From NCBI GenBank assembly GCA_002104945.1, contig MCFH01000195.1, positions 1-18,619 on the forward strand: a DNA stretch of 18,619 nt, written 5' to 3'. The notes beneath the pieces are model-generated. The model was not told the DNA's origin and did no database searches. It was given only the letters and a program-made list of their open reading frames with translations. Shown in pieces: positions 8,192-18,026 of this stretch. The stretch is from Piromyces finnis finn. Taxonomy: Eukaryota > Fungi > Neocallimastigomycota. Made by a program: the position numbers and the translations under genes. The stretch's first letter is position 1. Every line of letters begins with the position of its first letter.

Positions 8192-11047
8192 CTTTATAAA
8201 GAATTAATTTTATGAATTTAACTAAACTATTTAATTTTTTGTAAAATTTAATTTAATAATAAAATAACTTTCGATACATAATTTTTTTCATAACATATTT
8301 AATAATACTAAACTAAACATAAAAATAAAATATAATTTGTTAACTAGATATTAATAATATTAATAATACTAACTATTATATAAATAATTATTTATAGTTA
8401 AAAATAGTATAATTTTTAATTCAAAGATTATAAATATTTTAATATTTATTGAATAATATTATTAAAATGAAGTTATTATCTTCCCGAGGATTAAATTGGA
8501 AAAGTAATTTAGTTTTACAGAATGATTTATGAGTGATACATCAGAAGTATCATTCTCTGAATTATCAATAATCATTTGTGCATAAAAATTGTTAAACACG
8601 GTATCTCGCAAACCAGGAAAGATATCATGCTCGTGGCTTTCTAATGAACGTGGTTTCATCAAAGATAATTTCATCAAAAAACCAACATTCGTTGTCGAGC
8701 TATGAATGATTTTTGTTATTAAATTATGGTCTTAAGGGCTAAAGGTGTTTATAATAACCTTTATAGAGTGTTAAGATCGTATTACTTTAATTTTAATATT
8801 TACCAATATTGTTTTGTATTTTTTAAAATTTGATAAATATTAATTTTTTTAATATTTCAAAAGTAATTTCACAACTTCAACTAGTATTCGTGACATGACC
8901 TGGAATTTATACTAAATATAGTATTTTCTGTTTGTTACATGTCACAAATAATAAATAATTAAATTTATAAATTAAATATATTATTATAATGAAATTATTT
9001 TAAACACAGATTAAAAGTAATTAAATTAGTATTAAAATATTTATATATAAAATCATTAGTTTTAAAATATAAATGTAAACAAGAATTATTTTTTTTTCAT
9101 TTGTTTATTAATTATCTATTTTAAAATATTAATATAACACTCTAAAATAGTATAAATGTATAAATAGTGATAGAATTAGTTTATTTAAAAAATGTTCCTA
9201 ATAATCCAGTAAAATTGGATAAAAATTTATGTTAAATATTTATAATTATATTTTACATACACAAGGTGTATCAATTAATAGTATATAAATATTTAATAAT
9301 GCAAGATTATAAATATTAAAATTTATACTTGAATAAAATAAAATTATATTTTAAAAAAAACTAACAAAGACTTGGTAAATGAAAAGTTATTTATTTTAAT
9401 AATTTATTTATTAAATTTTAGATATAGATATATCACTGTAAAGTGGGAGGCTTGGGAAGAGATATGTAACTTGGTCAGAGCGTTTCTTTATTATAACTTA
9501 TAACTTAATTCAATAATTAAAATATTAAATTATTTATTATTAAACTTCTTCTTTAAAACGATTAAAGAATTAAATAATAATAATAATACGAATTATAATT
9601 AAATATTTTATAATTAAAACCTTTTTATTTAATATATTATTTATAAATTTCATTATTAATGATTTGATTATTAAAATAAATTAATAATTGATATTGATAT
9701 GAATTCATATGATAGCTCTTAAGATTAATCTTTAAAATTACTTTTAAATAAAAAGTATTGTTTTAACCATATTAAATTGTAAAATTTAGTATTCTCAATC
9801 GAGAATAGAAATTAATGATACAAATTATATATTTTTATGATGATTAATTAATTAATAATTATTATTAATTACTTTTTGACCATAATGATTTTTGATTTTA
9901 TTGATTTTGATTATTGAGGTTATTAGCCAGAAATTATTTAAAATAAATACTAATTAATTTTTATAATTGATTGATTAGATTTGAAATTAAGAGTAATTAT
10001 TATCTAACCTTATTTAATAATAATGGAGAATTTTGTGAATATTGTGAGTATATAAGTTTTAACTAGTACTTTCTAACAAAACTAATTTGACGTCCCAGAA
10101 AACGGAAATAGGACGCAATATTCGGAAGTTATTATTGTTTCATATATTGTATATTTTGCATAAGGGTTAATTTATGAAAATCGAATCCTTGTGATCTTAA
10201 CCCTTTCCAATATTAAATTTTTCCAAAGTGACCTTTTAATTATTTTTAAGAGTATTTTATAATTTTAAAATATAAAATTGGTTTTTAAATTATTTATTTG
10301 AATATTTAATTTATTATTAATTATCTTCTATTCTTAACAATCACATTATATATTTATTTATAGAATTAAAATAATATCCACTTAGTATTATAAATTGTTG
10401 AGGTTCATAAATAAATTGTTGGAATAGTGGAATATCAATAAATAAGGTAGATAAATATAAAATAAAGTAAATTTATTAGTTATGCATAGATTATACTAGG
10501 ATGGACTATACATCATTCACTTACACTACAAAATATATGTTATTTTACTTTAGTCCAATATATTTTTAAATAATATAATATAATATTTTTAATAAATAAT
10601 AAATTCTAGGATTTAGATGGAACAGTAAATTTAAAATAAAAGTGCGTTTTATAATTAACAATAAATCTCTTTAAACTTAAAAAATAAATTTATCAATTAT
10701 GCTTTTAAATTATCTCTTATTATATTTTTATTATTTTATTGTTTATTCATTGTCCCCCCCTTTTAAAGGAGAAATTATCCTCCCTTTATGCATTTTCATT
10801 TATTACATTTATTACATTTATTATTATTTTAACTATTTACTATTACTAATTACTATTGTTATTATTTGTTAAAATTAAAAGAATAAATTAAAATTATACT
10901 TTAGTATTAAAAATATACTTATTTGATCCTCTTTTACTTCAGAATGTTTAAACTTAAAAAAAGTTATTATTAATTATCATTAACTATCATTAAATGTATA
11001 ATACCTTAAATAAAATAATTAAAATTTAAAATTAAAAGAATATTAAA

Positions 11048-11300
11048 CTAAAATGAAATTAAAATGAAACTAAAATAAAATTAAAATGAAACTAAAATAA
11101 AATTAAAATGAAACTAAAATAAAATTAAAATGAAACTAAAATAAAATTAAAATGAAACTAAAATAAAATTAAAATGAAACTAAAATAAAATTAAAATGAA
11201 ACTAAAATAAAATTAAAATGAAACTAAAATAAAATTAAAATGAAACTAAAATAAAATTAAAATGAAACTAAAATAAAATTAAAATGAAACTAAAATAAAA
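11048..11300 (+). repeat. 22-bp minisatellite, ~11.5 copies (CTAAAATAAAATTAAAATGAAA)
   Basis: Unit starts at 11048, 11070, 11092 ... 11290. Only the first unit carries a variant; the unit is a dimer of two related 11-mers. Confidence 0.95.
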
Positions 11301-12302
11301 GTATCAATTATTATAAGCACTCATTTTATACAAAAACCAAAAACATAAAAGAATTCTGTATTTTATCCTTAAAATTACTATTATTGTTCTATTTTCCAGG
11401 TTTAAGTTTGTCACTTTTAGTAATAATTACTCAATTATTTAATTATTAGTTTTTAAATATAATTTTAAAAGAATTTTTAAGGGACATTTGGATAAACACT
11501 AGAATTAATAATTTGATATACACCATTTTATTTGAATTTATTCATTCATTTTTATTTATTATTTTATTATTTTAATATACTAATACACTATTTAATTAAG
11601 TTGTTTTATTTAATAATTTATTTATATTTATTTCTATTAAGTCATTTTATTCAGAATTTATTATTATTTATTTAATAAAGAGAATATATTTATTTAAAAG
11701 GGTTATATTTTTATATAGTTATTATTCATTTATTTTAAAGGGTTATTGTTACTTATTTTTATTAAAAGTCACTATGGGTTAAGTCGTGTTTATTCGGTTA
11801 GTTTTTATTATATTTTGTGCGAGTAGCGTATCAAGATGTAATAATTATTACTATATATTAATAATAATTATTATCTACAATATAATGATATAATATGTAT
11901 TATTAAATTGAGAAGTTTCTTAAAAGAAAATAAAGAAATAAATACTTATCTTAAAGAGTTTATTATAAGTGAGCTATAATAAACAACACAAAATTTTAAA
12001 GATATTTTAGTTAAATATTTTTATTAATATAGCTTTTTGAAAAAAAGCTATTTACTATAATTGTCTTATAATAATAACTCTGGATTCTTTAATGGAATCC
12101 AAGAGTTCTCTTATTTTATAATTTTATTAAAATTTAAAGTTAAATGAATAATTTCTAATCTTAACAAAAAATCTTTTTAGGAAAAGATTAGAAGAAAAAC
12201 CTAAAAAGAAATTCGATTGATATCTTAGACATACCAATCATCGTAAATATTAAGTAAAACTTAATAAAGGAAAAACCTTAATATCTGATATTTCTAATTT
12301 AT

Positions 12303-12573
12303 TAAATAAAATAAAATAAAATAAAATAAAATAAAAATAAAATAAAATAAAATAAAATAAATAAATAAAATAAAATAAAAAAAAATAAAATAAAATAAAA
12401 TAAAATAAAATAAAATAAAATAAAATAAAATAAAAATAAAATAAAATAAAATAAATATAAAATAAAATAAAATAAAATAAAATAAAATAAATAAAATAAA
12501 AAAATAAAAAAATAAAATAAAATAAAATAAAATAAATAATAATAAAATAAAATAAAATAAAATAAAATTAAAA
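12303..12573 (+). repeat. (TAAAA)n microsatellite
   Basis: Direct reading. Confidence 0.95.
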
Positions 12574-12926
12574 TGTTACATAATTTATAATTTGTGAAAT
12601 TTTTGTATAATAATTTTACTAATAATAAATAAATGGAAATGGATTATTAATCTCTAAATAAATACTATTAATTAAACTAAATATACGTAAAACCAATGTA
12701 TTAAATAAATTTACTATATTATTTAAATGAATGAATAAATATATTTTAAATAAATATTTATAATGTAATTAAATGAATAAGTAGTTAATGCATTAAGTAA
12801 ACTTACTATATTATATTAATGAATAAATAAATATATATTAAATAAATTCAATAAATTTTTATATAATGTTTAATTACATAATATAACTAAGAATGAATAT
12901 TAAGTAATTTAATATTAATTCTTACA
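12574..12926 (-). repeat. Putative 3' LTR (~353 bp) of a Ty3/gypsy relic, TGTAAG...TGTAACA
   Basis: The start directly follows a purine tract and the integrase end. The distal end is inferred from tgttaca at 12574; tgtgaa at 12593 is an alternative. Confidence 0.55.
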
Positions 12927-13316
12927 TTGCTCCTCTTCAAATGATTCTTTAAGTTCAGGATTCCTTTTTACACATGGTTCTAATTGTGAGATATGAAATA
13001 AGGTTGAAGGTGTAAGTTTTCTGGCAACTCCAGGTGGTTATTCATTCTTTCCCTCTTCTCAATGATTTTAAATAGCCCTAAATATTGTGAAGATAATTTT
13101 TAGAAGGTTCATTGGAAAAATAGTATCTCTTTAGTTAAACCATGTCATTCACTTTAAAGTCAGAACCAGTAGATTTTTTTGGATTACCGAATTTCTTGAA
13201 ATCTTCTTTAGCTTTGACTAAGTGGGCTTTTAAACCATCAAATGAGAATCCCAGTCACTAGAAAGTTTTGAAATATTATCCTTAAGGAGAATTGGAGGTG
13301 AGTCTATTATGCAAAA
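12915..13316 (-). pseudogene. Ty3/gypsy integrase C-terminal (SH3-like/GPF) remnant, 5'-truncated
   Basis: Manual translation across frameshifts: LKAHLVKAKEDFKKFG..FKVNDMV*LKR..PSKKLSSQYLGLFKIIEK..LELPENLHL.P.FHISQLEP. This fits the gypsy pattern F.vGD.VwL..KL...y.GPFkI..L.LP..hpvFHvSqL.P. In-frame TAA at 13135-13137. Confidence 0.85.
12927..12940 (-). promoter_or_regulatory. Polypurine tract (TTGAAGAGGAGCAA)
   Basis: Purine-rich run between the gypsy integrase C-terminus and TGTAAG. Confidence 0.6.
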
Positions 13317-13375
13317 TTAATTATGATTTACAAAAAAAAAAAAAAAAAACTATCCAATAGGAATTTGAATTTTTT

Positions 13376-13381
13376 AAAAAA
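13376..13381 (-). terminator. Pol III terminator (T6) of tRNA-Gly
   Basis: T6 on the minus strand 6 nt past the tRNA 3' end; a further T18 lies at 13332-13349. Confidence 0.65.
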
Positions 13382-13387
13382 TATTTA

Positions 13388-13458
13388 TGCGTTAACCGGG
13401 AATCGAACCCGGGCCATTTGCTTGGAAGGCAAATATTCTACCTCTATACTATTAACGC
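13388..13458 (-). tRNA. tRNA-Gly(UCC): tRNA-Gly (anticodon UCC), intronless
   Basis: Cloverleaf: acceptor GCGTTAA/TTAACGC+A, anticodon arm TTTGC-CTTCCAA-GCAAA, T arm CCGGG-TTCGATT-CCCGG. Confidence 0.97.
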
Positions 13459-13460
13459 CT

Positions 13461-14274
13461 CATATGTTAATATGATAAATAATGAAATTAATAAATATAA
13501 AATTATTATTAAACCTTAAGTTAACCCTAAAAGTAACTTAAAATAAGTTATAGTTTAATTAAGTACTTTACCAAAATTCTTAAATAAAATTAATCCTAAA
13601 CACTGCATATATTTGATTATTGAAAGAAATTAATAAACTTTAATTAATCGAGATCAAAATATATAACTTTTGTTAAATTAATTGTTAAATTAAATGTTTA
13701 ATAACTTCGTTAGTAAATTACACTTTAAAAGTAAACAAATATAATAATTCATGTTATAAAATAATATAATTAAACACCTTTATTAAAACATTAAAAATAA
13801 TTATTACTTTAATTAATTGTAAAATTAACAACTTTTATATTCTTTTAACTTTTAATTATTTCTTTTATTGTTATTCTAATTACTTTTATTACTTTTATTG
13901 TAAATAGTTATTAATTTTATTGTTTTAATGTAAATAGTTTAAATTTAAAAGAAATATAAATACATGTAAATATCCTTATTTTAATCATTATTATTATTAT
14001 TAATAAAGAAATATTATATAGTTTAGTTAATATTTTTTTAATTTAATAATCACTTTTATACTTAAATAAATAAAATTTTAAATATTTAAATATTAGAAAA
14101 ACGAGTGTTTCTAATAAAACAATTTAGTGTCTTAATAAAACAATTTATTAATTTTTATAAAAACAATTTTAAATTCTAATCCATATAACTTATATAGTTA
14201 TACTCAAAGATATAATATAATAATCACTTTTTGAAGTAAAATTCAAAATTAAGATTATTATCAAATTATATCAA
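13461..14274 (+). repeat. Direct repeat copy 1 (~815 bp; uninterrupted)
   Basis: Aligns by eye (roughly 90%) to 15163-15937 plus 17775-17819. Shared landmarks: cactgcatat, tcgagatcaaaat, acgagtgtt, aagatataatataataatcacttttt. Confidence 0.9.
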
Positions 14275-14697
14275 ATATTGATACGTGACGAAAGGAAAAT
14301 ACTACTTTTGGCATAAACTCTAGGTCAATTCACATAAGGGTCAAGATAATAATAAATTAATACTTTTAATTAATAATAAAATTAATATAAAATTAATTAA
14401 TAAAAAATATTTAATATGTACTAATATAAATAATTAATAATTAAATAATTTAAAATAATGTTCTTGATTTTATAATTAAGTTCCAAAGATAATAAGATAT
14501 AATAAAATAATAAGTGAGAAGAATTTTAGTAATAGTTTAGTTAGTAATATTATTAGTGAATGAATAGTTTATTTGTATAAGAAAGATAATTATTTAAATA
14601 TGTATTATTAATAAATAAATGTATAAATACTAAGTATAATATATTTTAATAAATAAAGATAAATATTTAATAATAATGAAATGTTTCTTTTGTTTAT

Positions 14698-14707
14698 ATA
14701 ATAATAA

Positions 14708-14793
<86 letters not shown>

Positions 14794-14867
14794 TAATAAT
14801 AATAATAATAAAATAATAATAATAATAAATAATAATAATAATAAATAATAATAATAATATAAAATAA

Positions 14868-14948
<81 letters not shown>

Positions 14949-14953
14949 TAATA

Positions 14954-14997
<44 letters not shown>

Positions 14998-15056
14998 TAA
15001 TAATAATAATAAAATAATAATAAATAATAAAAATAAATAAATAAATAAATAAATAG
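14698..15056 (+). repeat. (TAA)n microsatellite
   Basis: Direct reading. Confidence 0.95.
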
Positions 15057-15162
15057 TTAGTAAACATATCCCATAATTATTAATAACTGGAATATATTAT
15101 TTCAGCATACTTCCTTATTATCACAACCTTAGAATAAATAATAATATTATGATATTTTATTT

Positions 15163-17819
15163 CATATCGTATCAATATGATAAATAATGAATTTAATAAA
15201 TATAAAATTATTATTATACCTGATTTTTAAGTTAACCTTAAAAGTAACTTAAAATAAGTTATAGTTTAATTAATTACTTTTACCAGAATTTTAAAATAAA
15301 ATTAATCCTTAACACTGCATATATTTTGATTATTGAAAGAAAAAATAATAAATTTTAATTAATCGAGATCAAAATATATAACTTTTGTTAAATTAATTGA
15401 TAAATTAAATACTTAATAACTTCTTTAATAAATTACACTTTAAAAGTAAACAAATATAATAATTCATATTAAAAATAATATAATTAAACACCTTTATTAA
15501 ACATTAAAAATAATTATTACTTTAATTAATTGTAAAATAAACAACTTTTTATATTCTTTAACTTTAATTATTTCCTTTTATTGTTATTGGTAATTGCTTT
15601 TATTGTAAATAGTTATTAATTTTATTATTTATTTTAATGTAAATAGTTTAAATTTAAAATAAAATATAAATACATGTAAATATTCTTATTTTAATCATTA
15701 TTAGTATTAATAATAAAGAAAATATTATATAGTTTAGTTAGTATTTCTATAATTTTAATAATCATTTAATAACTTAATAAATAAAATTTTAAATATTTAA
15801 ATATTAGAAAAACGAGTGTTCTAATAAAACAATTTAGTGCTGTAACAAAACAATTTTATTAATTTTTATAAAACATTATTTTATAAATATAACTTATACA
15901 GTTATATCTAAAGATATAATATAATAATCACTTTTTGTGTTAAATCACGCAGATTCGGGTTAGGTTTGGATTAATTAACTAGGTCGGGAATGGTTATAAA
16001 CTAATAATAATAGAAATTAATTTTCTTAATTATCCGGTTATGGATTAAATTATATGCAATGGCTTATTAACTAAAATAACACTTTAATTTCAAATTTCAT
16101 TAAATTAAATTAAGTTTAAATCAACTTTTATTTATAAAATTAGTTACAAGGGAAATCTAATGTAATTTATTAATCTTTACTATTATTAATTTATCTAATT
16201 AAAATTAATAATCTTACTACTGATCAACATTTAACTAAACTACTCTATTTATACTAATTTCACAAAGTTACAATTTTTACATAATTAATCATTAATCCAC
16301 ATGGCTATTTATTAATATTAATTAATTAATTTTTGTAACTATGATTTTTATAAACTGTTACGAGTAATAATAATTATTAATATAATATATTATTATTTTA
16401 AGTCATGAGTTTAAAATACTTCTCACAACTTTTATCATCTGATTACTAATTTAGTAATTAATAATTAAATTTATTATTAATAGTAATACTTAAACCAATA
16501 TCTAAAAGTTTAGAAAAATTTTTATTAATTTTAAGTGTGAAATTTTTAATATTAATTTATACTGAATTCCCTTTAATTGGTCATAAGTATCTCAACTTTT
16601 TGGAATATTGATGATTTAAATGTACCAAAAGATAGCTTAGGCCTTTAGCTTCTAATGTTCATAATATCATCAAAGTAATTTGATTTTTCCAGTAATTTTC
16701 TTGGGTTTCGTAATTCAAACTTCATTCAAAGGGTTAAGTGTTTCACATCTATGGGATTATCTAAACCACTTAGATCATGACATTTTGATGTTAAGTTTTT
16801 GGATTTGGTTATGCGGCCAGGTCAGAATGTTATCAATTATATAGTAAATATGTTTTTAAGAAATTAAATTTAAATATAAAATAACCCTTTAAACTTCCAA
16901 ATGAAAAATTAATATTTATCTTTAGAATAACTTTTTTTATAAATTTTTTTATTTATTAATAATAATATAAATGAAAATATATTTAATAACTATATAATTA
17001 AGATTATAACTATAATTTTACAAGAATTAAATCAAATTCAATTCATTCTATTTTAATTCTTTGTTCAGATTATTAATTGATAAAATAAAGTATTACATAT
17101 ATGTTAATAATAAATAAGATGTTTGGTTTGTTGTTTGTTTGTTTGTTTTGTCATGACATAAAATAAAATAAACATATGATTAATCATTTAAACACTTGAT
17201 CTATTAACCTATTTATAATAATTAAAATTATTTAATTTATAAATGTTAACTGTTACACCTAAATGGTTAGTTCTATTTTTAGTAACAGTCACTATCATTA
17301 ATTAAATTAATATAATTAGAATTTCTATTGATATCTTTTTAATTTTCGTCAAGTCATAAGAAATGTCTATGATCCATACTTGATATCATATTAATTTTTA
17401 ATTACTTATTAAAATCTTCAAATGATCATATCTTCCTTAAATGACCAGTTAGAAGGACCGCGATTATACCAAAATATAGGCTTTTCCCTTAAGCTTTCTA
17501 ATAAACCTGGTTTCACAACCGTAGCACTTACAGCCGTAGCGATAGTTTTTGGCGAGTTATGCGTAGTTTCGTATTTGTTTATTTTTGGCTAAGGGTTATA
17601 GTGTATTGATATTAAATTTTTTGAAATCATAACCCTTTCACTGAACCAAAATTTAAAAGGTGACTTTTAAAGGTGTTTTAAAATAATTATTGGGATCATT
17701 TAATTCTAATTATTATGTTTAATTAATTATAGATATTATCTGAATTTGTTTTAAATCCAGTTAATATCTTCACATTTGAAGTAAAATTCAAAATTAAGAT
17801 TATTATAAAATTATATCAA
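15163..17819 (+). repeat. Direct repeat copy 2, split by an insertion (15163-15937 and 17775-17819)
   Basis: 15163-15937 matches 13461-14233; 17775-17819 matches 14230-14274 with one mismatch. Confidence 0.9.
15938..17774. mobile_element. 1837-bp insertion with TG...CA ends and 4-bp TSD (TTTG); solo LTR, decayed LTR element or Ginger-like element
   Basis: Empty site cactt-tttg-aagt at 14225-14237 versus filled site cactt-tttg-[TGTTAAATC...ATCTTCACA]-tttg-aagt. Confidence 0.8.
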
Positions 17820-17840
17820 CGCCTTTTTAAATTAATAAAA

Positions 17841-17914
17841 GCTCGCGTAGCCTAATTGGATAGGGCGTCAGACTTCTAATCTGAAGATTGCGGGTTCGAG
17901 TCCCGCCGTGAGTG
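17841..17914 (+). tRNA. tRNA-Arg(UCU): tRNA-Arg (anticodon UCU), intronless
   Basis: Cloverleaf: acceptor GCTCGCG/CGTGAGT+G, anticodon arm TCAGA-CTTCTAA-TCTGA, T arm GCGGG-TTCGAGT-CCCGC. Confidence 0.97.
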
Positions 17915-17923
17915 AATAATGAA

Positions 17924-17932
17924 TTTTTTTTT
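17924..17932 (+). terminator. Pol III terminator (T9) of tRNA-Arg
   Basis: T9 run 9 nt after the tRNA 3' end. Confidence 0.7.
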
Positions 17933-17995
17933 ACAAAAATTGCTGAATATTTTTATATTATTTTATATTGATTAAAATAAATGTCATTATTTTTA

Positions 17996-18026
<31 letters not shown>

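Larger units (their letters stand above)
1..8787. repeat. Giant spacer-less inverted repeat (arms 1-4417 and 4418-8787); likely fold-back artefact
   Basis: Base 1 onward (aagtaatacgatcttaacactctataaa) is the reverse complement of 8760-8787. Landmarks mirror throughout: ORFs 2314+/6469-, 1775+/7007-, TTA/TAA tracts, LTR/PBS. The centre reads tgaaaaatttttatt|aataaaaatttttttca with no spacer. The arms differ mostly by 1-nt indels. Confidence 0.97.

Noticed and set aside
1-8787. Palindrome as a single TIR/foldback transposon or DIRS-like inverted-LTR element
   Set aside because: The arms mirror everything, including flank and coding sequence, to a spacer-less centre. There is no unique internal region, tyrosine recombinase or definable terminus.
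11048-11300. CRISPR-like array
   Set aside because: Contiguous tandem units without unique spacers, in a eukaryotic context.
11880-12300. Possible transposase pseudogene
   Set aside because: Looks ORF-like but has stops in all frames and no motif I can name.
14630-15067. 145-aa Leu/Ile/Tyr-rich ORF (-)
   Set aside because: Translation of the (TAA)n microsatellite; no coding information.
13461-15937. Direct repeats as the LTR pair of a TRIM/LARD element
   Set aside because: No shared TG...CA termini, PBS, PPT or TSD at the repeat boundaries.
13521-15967. TTAGGG-like units as interstitial telomere
   Set aside because: Only isolated single units (13521, 15957); no tandem array.
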